Positions 21,073 through 30,985 of a stretch of DNA of 42,875 nt are shown in pieces (positions within the stretch are counted from its first letter, which is position 1; each line of letters opens with the position of its first letter). The stretch spans positions 1-42,875 of the forward strand of contig JBDHTO010000001.1 of assembly GCA_039808665.1 (NCBI GenBank). Reading direction: 5' to 3'. Made by a program: the position numbers and the translations under genes. A model generated the notes under the pieces. That model was not told the DNA's origin and searched no databases. It was given only the letters and a program-made list of their open reading frames with translations. Source of the DNA: Alphaproteobacteria bacterium. GTDB taxonomy: Bacteria > Pseudomonadota > Alphaproteobacteria > Paracaedibacterales > JAKBAR01.

Positions 21073-21591
21073 ATGCAAGGCCAAAACCTCTCCGGTCGGG
21101 AACGTGTCATGGGGGATCATGACATGATTGTCAGCAAAACCAATCTCAAGGGCATCATCACTTACGGTAATGACATATTCTGTGAGATTGCAGATTACAC
21201 AATGAAGGAAGTGATGGGAAAACCCCATAATATGGTACGTAACCCTGAAATGCCATCCTGTGTATTTAAGCTTTTGTGGGATACAATTCAAGCCGGTCAG
21301 GAAATTTTTGCTTATGTTGTGAATCGCGGCAAAAATGGTGATCATTACTGGGTACTTGCTCACGTCACTCCAAGCTTTGATGAAAATGGAAAGGTTGTGG
21401 GTTATCACTCCAACAGACGAAAACCTTCAGACGCCGCACTCCGCACCATCAAAGATCTTTATAAAAAACTCCTCCAAGAAGAGTCCCGTCATAGCAGCAG
21501 GCGAGAAGCCACACTTGCGGGCGTTGCACTTCTTAATCAAATTCTTAACGAAAAGGGTATGAGCTATGAAGAATTTGTCCTCTCTCTTTAA
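21073..21591 (+). CDS. Soluble Aer-type PAS domain protein (CetB-like)
   Basis: [44 protein letters not shown]...[15 protein letters not shown] parallels the E. coli Aer PAS-FAD domain ([19 protein letters not shown]). There is no TM segment. Confidence 0.85.
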   Translation: MQGQNLSGRERVMGDHDMIVSKTNLKGIITYGNDIFCEIADYTMKEVMGKPHNMVRNPEMPSCVFKLLWDTIQAGQEIFAYVVNRGKNGDHYWVLAHVTPSFDENGKVVGYHSNRRKPSDAALRTIKDLYKKLLQEESRHSSRREATLAGVALLNQILNEKGMSYEEFVLSL

Positions 21592-23131
21592 ACTATATGC
21601 AGCACAAGCTTTTTCTTGTCTCACGCTTGTTGTTCTTGGCGCCCATCTTTTCTTTGAAAAAGGGGCAGTAGCCGTTTCAGACACCCCTATCTTTTTGACA
21701 TTTGTGGCTGCGGCTTTTTCCCTCTTCTACACATTCAAAGTTGAAAGTTTTATCAACAAAGTCGTTGCTACAGTAGATGGCACAAAAAAAGGTGATTTTG
21801 AGGCCCGTATTATCAATCTCAATGAAGAAGGTAAACTTAGAAAACTCAGTGACTCTATCAACAGTGCCATTGATGTAAGCGATGCTTTTGTCCGAGAAGC
21901 CTTTCTTGCCATGAAGGCTGCAAGTGAAGGACGTTATCACCGCAAAATACGCCCTGAAGGTATGCGTGGCGCTTTTTTGAATAGCGTTAATGGTATTAAT
22001 GAAGCGATTGCACTCCTTGAAAATAAAACCACCCAAGAAAAAGCCAATAAAGATATGATTGAACTCGCAATGCGAGAAATTAAAGAGCTTGTTGAAGCCG
22101 CAAGCCAAGGTAACCTTGATCAACGTATCGATAGTTCTCCCTTTACTGGGGATTTTAAAAACCTGGTGGAAAGCATGAATAACCTTATGGATGCCATCAA
22201 CTCACCCATCCAGGATTCTATTCGTGTCATGGATGCACTTTCTGATGGAGATCTTTCAAAAAGCATTGACGGGGATTATCAAGGTACCTTTGGAAAAATT
22301 AAAGAGGCACTCAATGGAACAACGATCAATCTCAAAAACATGGTACAAAAAATTCAAGAATCGACAAGTCATGTAAGCTCTGCGTCCAAAGAAATTTCTG
22401 TAGGAAGCTTAGATCTTTCTCAACGCACAGAGTCTCAAGCATCCAGCTTAGAAGAAACTGCAGCCTCCATTGAATCCATGACAAGTAACCTTAAAATCAA
22501 CGCTAACAACACAAAAGAAGCGGCCGAAAAGGCAAAGGTTGCAGAAACAAACGCTGTTGAGGGGGGAAACATTGTCGAAGAAGTAGTCAGTGCCATGGGG
22601 CAAATTGATGAGTCTTCAAAAATCATCGCAGAACTTACCAGTGCTATTGATGAAATTGCTTTTCAAACGAATATCTTGGCTCTCAATGCGTCTGTTGAAG
22701 CGGCCCGAGCAGGAGAGAGTGGGAAAGGATTCGCTGTTGTCGCCGATGAAGTACGCGCGCTCGCAGCTCGTGCAGGGTCTTCAGCAAAAGAGATCCGAGG
22801 TCATATTGATGAAAGTATTAACCTTGTAAACAATGGTGTACGCCTTGCACAACGGGCTGGTGATGTCCTCAAAGGTATTGTGGAGTCGAACCAAGAACTT
22901 TCCCGCTATATCGATACAATTTCATCAACAAGTAACTCACAAGCGGAAAGCATTCAAGAAATCAGTCAGGCTGTGAATGCCATGGACGCCACAACGCAAC
23001 AAAACGCAGCGCTTGTACAACAAAGTACGGCGGCCTCTCAATCCCTTACGGATCAGGCTGATGAGCTTAATGCGCTTATTGGATTTTTCCGGACGGGCAG
23101 TGGTAGAGACACGGCGGTCCACCACCACTAA
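21566..23131 (+). CDS. Methyl-accepting chemotaxis transducer without ligand-binding domain (TM hairpin, HAMP repeats, signalling domain; CetA-like)
   Basis: Two N-terminal hydrophobic segments are followed by HAMP-like stretches. The conserved signalling hairpin is [38 protein letters not shown]. It overlaps the PAS gene by 26 nt in the next reading frame. Confidence 0.9.
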   Translation: MKNLSSLFKLYAAQAFSCLTLVVLGAHLFFEKGAVAVSDTPIFLTFVAAAFSLFYTFKVESFINKVVATVDGTKKGDFEARIINLNEEGKLRKLSDSINSAIDVSDAFVREAFLAMKAASEGRYHRKIRPEGMRGAFLNSVNGINEAIALLENKTTQEKANKDMIELAMREIKELVEAASQGNLDQRIDSSPFTGDFKNLVESMNNLMDAINSPIQDSIRVMDALSDGDLSKSIDGDYQGTFGKIKEALNGTTINLKNMVQKIQESTSHVSSASKEISVGSLDLSQRTESQASSLEETAASIESMTSNLKINANNTKEAAEKAKVAETNAVEGGNIVEEVVSAMGQIDESSKIIAELTSAIDEIAFQTNILALNASVEAARAGESGKGFAVVADEVRALAARAGSSAKEIRGHIDESINLVNNGVRLAQRAGDVLKGIVESNQELSRYIDTISSTSNSQAESIQEISQAVNAMDATTQQNAALVQQSTAASQSLTDQADELNALIGFFRTGSGRDTAVHHH

Positions 23132-23165
23132 GAAGTAAACTGACTTGGCTTTGTGGGTACGTCGT

Positions 23166-23648
23166 TTAGACGTACTGCACAGCCGTCACTTCGTAGGATT
23201 TTCCACCGCTTGGTGTACTGACCTCCACAACATCACCCTTTTTCTTGCCAATAAGAGCTCTTGCCAAGGGTGCTGTGATGGAAAGAAGTCCTTTTTTAAT
23301 ATCGGATTCATCACTTCCCACAATCTGGTAGGTTGACTCTTCTTCTGTATCTTCATCAATGAGATCGACTGTGGCCCCAAATTTAATATCGCTTCCTGTA
23401 ATTTGACAAACATCAATAACATCTGCGCGACTCAAACGGTCTTCAAGCTCAGTAATACGACCTTCGATAAATCCCTGACGCTCTTTTGCAGCGTGATATT
23501 CTGCATTTTCCGATAGGTCTCCGTGGGCGCGCGCCTCAGCAATCGCTTTAATAACGGCGTGACGCTCGACTGACTTAAGCTGCTTAAGCTCATCTTCAAG
23601 CCTTTTAAAACCCTGAAGGGTCATTGGAATCTTCTGCTCCATTAACAT
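23166..23648 (-). CDS. greA: Transcription elongation factor GreA
   Basis: Carries [16 protein letters not shown]. 160 aa. Confidence 0.95.
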   Translation of the reverse strand: MLMEQKIPMTLQGFKRLEDELKQLKSVERHAVIKAIAEARAHGDLSENAEYHAAKERQGFIEGRITELEDRLSRADVIDVCQITGSDIKFGATVDLIDEDTEEESTYQIVGSDESDIKKGLLSITAPLARALIGKKKGDVVEVSTPSGGKSYEVTAVQYV

Positions 23649-23725
23649 TACCCCCTATTGAAAAAAGAAATTAAATTATAAAGACACATAATCGCACATA
23701 AATCCTCAGAAAAACAAGAAAAAAC

Positions 23726-24178
23726 TCATTCTCCGCCCGCGAGAACCCTTGCCATACGCAAAAGTTGTACCTTCAACTTCGGATCAGAAATGCGTTTAAA
23801 AAGCATGACAAGTTCATCAGCATCCTGTTCATTTTCAGATGACTTGTCTGTCTTTGCCCCAGAAATTTTATAGGAAGATTTTTCTTCAAACACCCCTATT
23901 TCTAAGGGCGCATTAGCTAATCCTTCAAAAAAGTAATGAATTGAGGATTGCAAGGCTTTTGCAGTATCAAATAGCTTGCTTGCACTAATGCGATTTGATC
24001 CATTTTCATATTTTTGAACTTGTTGAAATGTCAGCCCAAGAAGAGATCCAAGACGCTCTTGACTCATCCCAAGAGATTTACGTCTCATCCTCAGACGTTT
24101 TCCCACGTGAACATCCACGGGATGCGGGCCCAAAATCTCCGTTATCTTTGGCGATTCATCTTCCTTCGATTTAACCAT
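23726..24178 (-). CDS. XRE-family helix-turn-helix transcriptional regulator
   Basis: VGKRLRMRRKSLGMSQERLGSLLGLTFQQVQKYENGSNRIS is a canonical Cro/C1 HTH. It overlaps the lnt 3' end by 37 nt. Confidence 0.85.
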   Translation of the reverse strand: MVKSKEDESPKITEILGPHPVDVHVGKRLRMRRKSLGMSQERLGSLLGLTFQQVQKYENGSNRISASKLFDTAKALQSSIHYFFEGLANAPLEIGVFEEKSSYKISGAKTDKSSENEQDADELVMLFKRISDPKLKVQLLRMARVLAGGE

Positions 24179-25680
24179 ATGATACCTCCCAAAATCATGC
24201 AGCTAAGTATTAATAAAGCATAAGAAACAAAATAGCCATACCTGTTATATGGAGTTGGTGGATTTGATCCTGGCAAAGCAAAATCTATAAATCCCACATC
24301 ATTCAAACCAAGCTGATGAATAATACGTCCTTTCCCATCAATCACAGCCGAAATACCATTATTCGCGACACGAATCACCGGAAGACCCTGCTCAATAGCA
24401 CGAGCCCGTGTAATATAAAGGTGTTGGTGAGGCCCCGTCGTGTTCCCATACCACGCATCATTTGTCACATTCAAAATCCATTCAGGGCGTTTTTCTCCCT
24501 TTGGAAGAATCTCGTTTGCAAAAAGCACCTCGTAGCAAATCAAAATCCGAAAGGGAGGAAGATTTTTTAAGGAAATTGTTAAAGGCTCTGTTCCTTTTGA
24601 AAAGTCCTGACTTCCATGGGTTAACTTTTCAACCCCCGGCAGGAGATGTTTAAAGGGCACAAATTCCCCAAAGGGAACAAGATGTTTTTTATCATAGATC
24701 GCTTGAATGTCACCTGCATCCGAAAGCACAGAAAAACTATTGAATACGCGACCCTCATTTTTTCGAATGTTGCCTAGGAAAACATACCCCCCTTGAGGGG
24801 CTGCATTGGCCAGATTTTTTTGAACCTCTGGATACTGACGATAGTCAAAAGTTACAGCCGCTTCTGGCCAAAGAACGGCTTGAATGGGTTTCTCTGCATC
24901 CATCTGAGAAAGAACCCCTTGAAGCTGGAGATTTTTTTGAATTTCATCAGGATTCCATTTGTTTTCCTGGGAAATACTCGGCTGAATTAAGCGAAGATTA
25001 TAGGTGGTTTCCTGTGATTTTTCCTCAAGCTGTAGCGTTCCAAATCCATAAAAACCAATAAAAAGCATACCGAAAAATGCTGTGTATGCTTTATTATTCA
25101 CAAAGGGAATCAACGCCGCAAACACAGCCAAAACGCCAAGCCCCTGAACCCCAATAAGAGAGGCCGCTTGAAGAATGGTAAATGGCATCGCATAACCAAA
25201 TTCAACCCACGGAAAGGCTAACTCTCCATCAGCCTGCAAAAGCGTTGTGATTGCCATGGCTGAGGCAAAGAAAAAGGCCATCATCATGGGTGATTTATCG
25301 CGGGCAAATTTCCAGGCAAGGGTTCCACAGGTGACAAGATCAAGGGTCAATAAAAGTGGCAATCCCAAATAGGCCACCAAAGACACAGGACCAAGACCCA
25401 CGGTCACAAAGGCATTGCCCACCCAATACAAGGAAGAAAAATAAAACACAAAGGCAAAGGCAAAGCTTATTTTAGCAGCTTCTCTCATGGTTTGAGCTTT
25501 TTGAAGAAAAAACAGCAATCCGCTCAAGGAAAAAAGCGCTGGCCAAAAGAGAAATGGCGCAAAAGCAAGGGCGCAAAATCCTCCTAAAAAAGCCGAGATC
25601 AGAGGATAAAAACGCGTGTTTTGAAAAAACTTCACAAGCTTGACACCAAACGGTGTCGTCATGACAGAGGCATTGATCAT
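24142..25680 (-). CDS. lnt: Apolipoprotein N-acyltransferase
   Basis: The N-terminal half is multi-TM. The C-terminal half is a CN-hydrolase domain with ILICYE (catalytic Cys). Confidence 0.92.
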   Translation of the reverse strand: MINASVMTTPFGVKLVKFFQNTRFYPLISAFLGGFCALAFAPFLFWPALFSLSGLLFFLQKAQTMREAAKISFAFAFVFYFSSLYWVGNAFVTVGLGPVSLVAYLGLPLLLTLDLVTCGTLAWKFARDKSPMMMAFFFASAMAITTLLQADGELAFPWVEFGYAMPFTILQAASLIGVQGLGVLAVFAALIPFVNNKAYTAFFGMLFIGFYGFGTLQLEEKSQETTYNLRLIQPSISQENKWNPDEIQKNLQLQGVLSQMDAEKPIQAVLWPEAAVTFDYRQYPEVQKNLANAAPQGGYVFLGNIRKNEGRVFNSFSVLSDAGDIQAIYDKKHLVPFGEFVPFKHLLPGVEKLTHGSQDFSKGTEPLTISLKNLPPFRILICYEVLFANEILPKGEKRPEWILNVTNDAWYGNTTGPHQHLYITRARAIEQGLPVIRVANNGISAVIDGKGRIIHQLGLNDVGFIDFALPGSNPPTPYNRYGYFVSYALLILSCMILGGIIWLNRRKMNRQR

Positions 25681-25693
25681 AAAATTTCTGTTT

Positions 25694-26590
25694 TTAAGCT
25701 TTCTTTTGCGTTGATCTTAACAGAATCCGTTTAACGCGTCTCGGGTCTGCATCAAGCACTTCAAACTCAAACACAGCAAGAGGATGCTTAATAAGCTCCC
25801 CCGGCACAGGAACATGTCCCGCAAGAGTCACAACCAAACCGCCAATTGTCTCAATATCATCTTCCATATCTGCATCAGAGAGCTTTACCCCCAAAAATGC
25901 CTCAAGCTCTTCGAGTTCATATTTTGCATCAACAATAATATTTCCATCGGGAAGCTTTTGGATTTGAGGAGAGGCTCCTTGATCGTGGGCTGTCTGAATA
26001 TCACCAATAATTTCTTCAATAAGATCAGAAAAGCTCACAAGACCATCAATACCCCCGTATTCATCCACAACAAGGGCGAGCTTCGCTCCTGTTTGACGCA
26101 TTTGAAGGAGTAAATCCAGTGTACGCATACTCGGAGAGATAAAAAGAACCTCCCGAAGAACTTGGCGAATTTTAAAATCCCCCCGATTTTGAGACCAAGC
26201 CATCATATCCTTCATATGGATCATGCCGATAATGTCATCAAGGCTGTCCTTATAAACGGGGATACGAGAGAGCCCCGTACGCATCATGGTGGCCACAATT
26301 TCCTGGGGATTCATTTTATAAGAAATCGCCACAATATCCGCACGTGGAACCATGACATCTTGTGCCGTAAGATCCCGTAGGCTTAAAACATTTCCAAGAA
26401 GAGCACGCTCTCCCGACTCAATGGAAGATTCAACTTCGTGACTATCCTCAATAAGCTCTTCGAGGGTCTCTCTGAGAGACGGATCCTCTTGTTTAAAGAA
26501 ACGACGGAAAAGATTCTTAATTTTTCCTTTGGGTTTGTGATTTTTATTACTCGGAGCAGGTTCCATAAATTTCGTCGCTGATAATGTCAT
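25694..26590 (-). CDS. corC: CBS-pair / CorC-HlyC domain protein (CorC/TlyC family)
   Basis: Has a CBS pair (DVMVPRADIV, IGMIHMKD) and a C-terminal transporter-associated domain. It occupies the standard position after ybeY. Confidence 0.88.
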   Translation of the reverse strand: MTLSATKFMEPAPSNKNHKPKGKIKNLFRRFFKQEDPSLRETLEELIEDSHEVESSIESGERALLGNVLSLRDLTAQDVMVPRADIVAISYKMNPQEIVATMMRTGLSRIPVYKDSLDDIIGMIHMKDMMAWSQNRGDFKIRQVLREVLFISPSMRTLDLLLQMRQTGAKLALVVDEYGGIDGLVSFSDLIEEIIGDIQTAHDQGASPQIQKLPDGNIIVDAKYELEELEAFLGVKLSDADMEDDIETIGGLVVTLAGHVPVPGELIKHPLAVFEFEVLDADPRRVKRILLRSTQKKA

Positions 26591-27069
26591 AAATCTCTAT
26601 AGGGGTTAGGAATATTAAATAATTCAAGAATTTCGACCTCACAAGCCTCCATCTCTTCAGCTTCTTCATCAGTTTCATGATCAAATCCAACAAGATGAAG
26701 AATACCATGAATAGCCAAATGGGTCATATGAGACATAAAGTCTGGATGTTCACTTTCTATTGTTTCTATGCCAAACGCCATATCGCCCAAAAAACCAACA
26801 CCTTCGTCCAAGGGGTCTCCCGAGGGGAAAGAAAGCACATTTGTTGGTTTGTTTTTTCCTCTAAATTGATTATTCAACTCTTTCATCTTCGCATCATTTG
26901 TTAAAAGAATACTTAACGAAATGTCATGTGCGGGAATACTAAGATAGGAAAAAACTTTTTCAAGCACTGTTTCAAAAAAAGACAGCCAGTCGGGCTCTTT
27001 CATGTACCTCTGAAAAGCCTGGTCTTCACATGTTATATCTACTAAAAAACGTCTTCGATCTTCTGGCAT
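26587..27069 (-). CDS. ybeY: rRNA maturation endoribonuclease YbeY
   Basis: Carries the HGILHLVGFDH zinc motif. Confidence 0.93.
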   Translation of the reverse strand: MPEDRRRFLVDITCEDQAFQRYMKEPDWLSFFETVLEKVFSYLSIPAHDISLSILLTNDAKMKELNNQFRGKNKPTNVLSFPSGDPLDEGVGFLGDMAFGIETIESEHPDFMSHMTHLAIHGILHLVGFDHETDEEAEEMEACEVEILELFNIPNPYRDL

Positions 27070-28038
27070 CTACGGTTGATTCTGATAGGCGCGAACAATA
27101 AGTCCAACCAAAGGATGTCTTACCACATCTTCGTCGGTAAAGAAAGTAAATCCGATCTCTTGGAGATTATGCAACACATGTAAAGCATCTTTTAGCCCGG
27201 ATTTTATCCCATGGGGCAAATCAATTTGCGTTAGATCTCCTGTCACAGCCATGCGCGAATTTGGACCAAGACGGGTCAAAAACATCTTCATCTGAAGTGG
27301 TGTCGTGTTTTGAGCTTCATCTAAAATGACAAAAGCATTACCGAGCGTACGACCCCGCATAAAGGCTAAAGGAGCAATTTCGATTGTTCCATCAATAAAT
27401 CTCTTAGCAATCTGATCCGGCGGCAAAAGATCATGCAGCGCATCATAAAGAGGCCTTAGATAAGGATCGATCTTTTCCTTCATATCCCCTGGCAAAAACC
27501 CAAGTTTTTCTCCAGCTTCAACAGCAGGGCGCGTTAGAATAATACGCTCCACTTTCCCAGCAAGCAAAAGGGAGACGGCCATGGCCACAGAAAGATACGT
27601 CTTTCCCGTACCCGCAGGCCCCACACCAAAAACAAGCTCACACCTCTGCATTTGTTCAATATAGACGGCTTGAGTCGCAGATCTTGGAAAGACGCTTCGG
27701 CGTTTTGTTTGTATACTTACCGCCCCATGACTCTCGGACCCGGGTTCTTGAATATTCACCATCGAGGATGCCATACGAATCGCGGCATCGACATCTTCGT
27801 ATCTTATTTCTTTTATCCGAGGAAGTTGGTGATAAAGATAATTGAGAGCCGTTTTTGCAAACGTTGCCTCGGGTTCTAAACCACTGACAGAAATCTGATT
27901 ACCCCTCAAGGATAAATCGACACCCAACTTTTTTTCAATTTGAGAAAGGTTGCCATTCTCAGCACCAACAAGATCGATAAGCCTTTGGTTATCGTCAAAC
28001 TCTAACGTATGTACTTGCTCCACATATCCTCGATTCAC
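27070..28038 (-). CDS. phoH: PhoH-like ATPase
   Basis: Has the Walker A motif GPAGTGKTY and FVILDEAQN. Confidence 0.92.
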   Translation of the reverse strand: MNRGYVEQVHTLEFDDNQRLIDLVGAENGNLSQIEKKLGVDLSLRGNQISVSGLEPEATFAKTALNYLYHQLPRIKEIRYEDVDAAIRMASSMVNIQEPGSESHGAVSIQTKRRSVFPRSATQAVYIEQMQRCELVFGVGPAGTGKTYLSVAMAVSLLLAGKVERIILTRPAVEAGEKLGFLPGDMKEKIDPYLRPLYDALHDLLPPDQIAKRFIDGTIEIAPLAFMRGRTLGNAFVILDEAQNTTPLQMKMFLTRLGPNSRMAVTGDLTQIDLPHGIKSGLKDALHVLHNLQEIGFTFFTDEDVVRHPLVGLIVRAYQNQP

Positions 28039-28052
28039 AAAACGTCAGAGGT

Positions 28053-29411
28053 CTATGCTGCCTCCACACGCTCAGTTGTCACAATTGATCCGCTGAGACT
28101 ATTTTGAAACGCTTTTTCAATTTTGACCAGTACCATTTGATGCAGCAATCGCTCTGAACCTTCAACATAAACCGTTTGCATATAAGGGGATCTTCCACAG
28201 ATCTGGGCATCATCCCGCCCCTTGCGGTCAAAGATGATCGGCATTTCCCGCCCCACCAAGGATTCATTAAACTCAATTTGATGGCGCACCAAAAGGGATT
28301 GAAGCTCCTCGAGTCTTCTTGACTTGATCTCCTCTGGAACCTGGAGTTCGTGTATTCCCGCAGGGGTTCCAGGACGAATAGAATACTTAAAGGAATAAGC
28401 CTGAGCATATTTTACTTTTTCCACAAGTTTCAGTGTGTCCTTATGATCTGCTTCTGTTTCTCCTGGAAATCCAACGATAAAGTCCGAAGAAAAAGCCATA
28501 TCCGGACGTGCTTCTCTAAATTTGTCAATAATTCTAAGGTAAAAATCCGCAGTGTGCTTCCGGTTCATCGCCTCAAGAACACGATCGCTTCCAGACTGAA
28601 CGGGCAGATGAAGATAGGGCATAAGTTTTTCCACATCTCGGTGCGCTTTAATAAGCTCGTCATCCACATCCCGTGGATGGGACGTCATATAACGAATGCG
28701 ATCCAGTCCATCAATCTCAGCAAGCTCAGAGATAAGACGGCCTAAACTCCAGGTATCTTTACCCTTTTCCCCATGATAGGCATTCACATTTTGCCCCAAA
28801 AGCGTAATCTCTCTCGCACCCACAGAAACAAGGTGACGTGCTTCCTTAAGGACCGCATCAACGGGACGAGATTCTTCTGCACCCCGTGTATAGGGAACAC
28901 AGCAAAAACTGCAAAACTTGTCACATCCTTCTTGAATTGTCAAAAAGGCCGCAGAAGAAGAAATTTCTTGATCCGGGAGAAAATCAAACTTGCTTTCTAC
29001 AGGAAATTCCGTATCCACAATACGTAGCGCTTCACCACGGCTTTTCATGATGTTTGCAAGCATCTCTGGCAATCTGTGATAGGTCTGCGGACCAAACACC
29101 ATATCAACATAGGGCGCTTGCTTAATAATTTCTCCGCCCTCAGCCTGGGCCACGCATCCGCCAACACCGATATAAAGGGATTTTCCATCTTTTTCTCGTT
29201 CTTTTCGAGAGATATTAAGACGCCCCAAATCAGAAAAAACCTTTTGCTCGGCTTTTTCTCGAATGTGACACGTATTCAAAAGCGCCACATCTGCCTCAGC
29301 ATGATCATCTGTCAGCTGAAATCCGAGTGGTTTAAGAAGTGTTGCCATACGCTCAGAATCATACACATTCATCTGGCATCCATAGGTTTTAATATAAAGC
29401 TTTTTCGACAT
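28053..29411 (-). CDS. miaB: tRNA-2-methylthio-N6-dimethylallyladenosine synthase
   Basis: Has the N-terminal YGCQMN motif, the radical-SAM motif CDKFCSFC, and a C-terminal TRAM domain. Confidence 0.95.
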   Translation of the reverse strand: MSKKLYIKTYGCQMNVYDSERMATLLKPLGFQLTDDHAEADVALLNTCHIREKAEQKVFSDLGRLNISRKEREKDGKSLYIGVGGCVAQAEGGEIIKQAPYVDMVFGPQTYHRLPEMLANIMKSRGEALRIVDTEFPVESKFDFLPDQEISSSAAFLTIQEGCDKFCSFCCVPYTRGAEESRPVDAVLKEARHLVSVGAREITLLGQNVNAYHGEKGKDTWSLGRLISELAEIDGLDRIRYMTSHPRDVDDELIKAHRDVEKLMPYLHLPVQSGSDRVLEAMNRKHTADFYLRIIDKFREARPDMAFSSDFIVGFPGETEADHKDTLKLVEKVKYAQAYSFKYSIRPGTPAGIHELQVPEEIKSRRLEELQSLLVRHQIEFNESLVGREMPIIFDRKGRDDAQICGRSPYMQTVYVEGSERLLHQMVLVKIEKAFQNSLSGSIVTTERVEAA

Positions 29412-29455
29412 GGGCCGATTATTTTTTATTTGAGTTGATTATTTGTAGATTAAAA

Positions 29456-29489
29456 TTAACTCACGCGCAACAATTGCAACGTGAGTTAA
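29456..29489 (-). terminator. Hairpin downstream of mucR (probable terminator)
   Basis: TTAACTCACG...CGTGAGTTAA forms perfect 10-bp arms with an inner GCAA/TTGC pairing. On the minus strand it is followed by TTTTAAT. Confidence 0.5.
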
Positions 29490-29507
29490 ACAAGGAAATA
29501 CTTTATT

Positions 29508-29942
29508 TTAAGCAACTGCGGAAAGCTTACGCTTACGACCTGATTGACCAAGACCGCTGGACTTTGCAATGGCACTGCGGCGCTTTGCATAGCTTGGGGA
29601 AACAACAGGATACTCAGGGGGAAGGTTCCAACGCTCTTTATATTGCTCAATAGACATATTGTATACTGTTTTAAGATGACGCTTCAGCATCTGGAGTTTT
29701 TTTCCATCTTCAAGGCAGATGATATAGTCATCAAAAACAGACTGGTCTACAGACACCGCCGGCTTAAGATTCGTCGTGCGAAGTGTGTAGTGATTGCCTT
29801 CACTCATACTTACGATCGCACTATATACCTGTTGAAGCATAGGAATAAGCTGCTCAGAAGGAACGGCATTGTGGGCCACATAGGATCCAACAAGTTGTGT
29901 AGCGAGTTTGAGAGATTCTGTTTTTGTATTGGTTTCTGTCAT
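29508..29942 (-). CDS. mucR: MucR/Ros-family transcriptional regulator with degenerate zinc site
   Basis: ICLEDGKKLQMLKRHLKTVYNMSIEQYKERWNLPPEYPVVSPSYAKRRS aligns to the Ros segment CLECG..SLKRHL..HH...YREKWDLP.DYPMVAP.YA. The likely start is MTETN at 29942; the ORF track extends to 30017. Confidence 0.88.
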   Translation of the reverse strand: MTETNTKTESLKLATQLVGSYVAHNAVPSEQLIPMLQQVYSAIVSMSEGNHYTLRTTNLKPAVSVDQSVFDDYIICLEDGKKLQMLKRHLKTVYNMSIEQYKERWNLPPEYPVVSPSYAKRRSAIAKSSGLGQSGRKRKLSAVA

Positions 29943-30067
29943 GATGAGTTTTTTTAAGAATACCTTAAATAAAATGAAACTATGAAACTGTGTATTGCAT
30001 TTTTGCCCCTTTGGCAATAGGAAATGTTGCGTCAGCCATTCGTTTTTTGCATAGCTCCATCATCACT

Positions 30068-30925
30068 TTATTCACTCTCATCCCGAATAATCCCTCTTTT
30101 TGTGTACTCAACAATGCGTTTTCCAGAATCCCTAAGGCCAGCTCGAGACCAAGCACTCACCGCGGCAGGCGCAGCTTCATTAATAAAAACATCCACACCA
30201 TTATCTCTATCTCTAGACATAGCGTATTTCATGAGAGTTGGACCATACCCTTTGCCTCGAAAAGTATCCGGAACGCATCCATGCCACCCTTGGGAAACAC
30301 GCTGCCCATTGTGCAAAAAATAAAGATGCATACGAGCACTCACAGGGCTCCCTTCTTCGTTGAAGAGAAGAAAAAACTTTATATCTCGTTCTAAATAGAG
30401 ATGGCTGTACAAATTCATGCATTGCTCAGGCGTCATACTATTTTTGTGCCAAACATGATGCATAATCTTTACAAAATCCTGAAGATTTACATCAAAAAAA
30501 TCCTCACACTCTCCCACTCGCACAGCTTTTAAGGAATCATCCGGCACATAAGAAAAATCAGCCAAAGGCGCATACATAGCTGTAAAAGCTGTTTCTGTGG
30601 GAGTAAAAAACTCCCCAACATTGGGGGCATCTCCAAAAACGGTATAGGTTTGATCTCCGAAAAATGTTGAGAAATCCTTTAAGATTTCTTGAGAAAGAGG
30701 AATGCCCTTAAGCTGGGCATAGGGTGCGTAAACTGAGGAACTTTCCGAACTAAAGCATATATATTCATCCGTTTCCTTACATTTTCCACCTGGAAGCTTT
30801 CCAAGAATTCTTGCAAAGACCACACTCCCCACATGATTTGCCCCCACGCTATCAAAGGAATCTTCAGCCGCATTCAAAGCTTGAATCACAAGCATACATA
30901 TCAAGAAATAAACCTTCATTTTCAC
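30068..30925 (-). CDS. GNAT-family acetyltransferase with N-terminal Sec-type signal or anchor
   Basis: The N-terminus is MKMKVYFLICMLVIQALNA/AED. The C-terminal GNAT motif A is FRGKGYGPTLMKYAM. About 100 aa between signal and GNAT fold are unassigned. Confidence 0.65.
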   Translation of the reverse strand: MKMKVYFLICMLVIQALNAAEDSFDSVGANHVGSVVFARILGKLPGGKCKETDEYICFSSESSSVYAPYAQLKGIPLSQEILKDFSTFFGDQTYTVFGDAPNVGEFFTPTETAFTAMYAPLADFSYVPDDSLKAVRVGECEDFFDVNLQDFVKIMHHVWHKNSMTPEQCMNLYSHLYLERDIKFFLLFNEEGSPVSARMHLYFLHNGQRVSQGWHGCVPDTFRGKGYGPTLMKYAMSRDRDNGVDVFINEAAPAAVSAWSRAGLRDSGKRIVEYTKRGIIRDESE

Positions 30926-30985
30926 CCTCTACAGACTAGATTTTATTCGCTACTATTTTCTCAGCGTCCTTTTTTAAATCCCCTT

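Noticed and set aside
23157-23175. A 7-bp hairpin (GTACGTC-gttta-GACGTAC) between the MCP gene and greA
   Set aside because: It overlaps the greA stop codon and has no U-tract on either strand, so it is not a convincing terminator.
30833-30985. A 51-codon 5' extension of the A2M ORF, as listed in the ORF track
   Set aside because: It overlaps the divergent GNAT gene and has no signal-like sequence. The Met at 30986 is immediately followed by a proper signal peptide.
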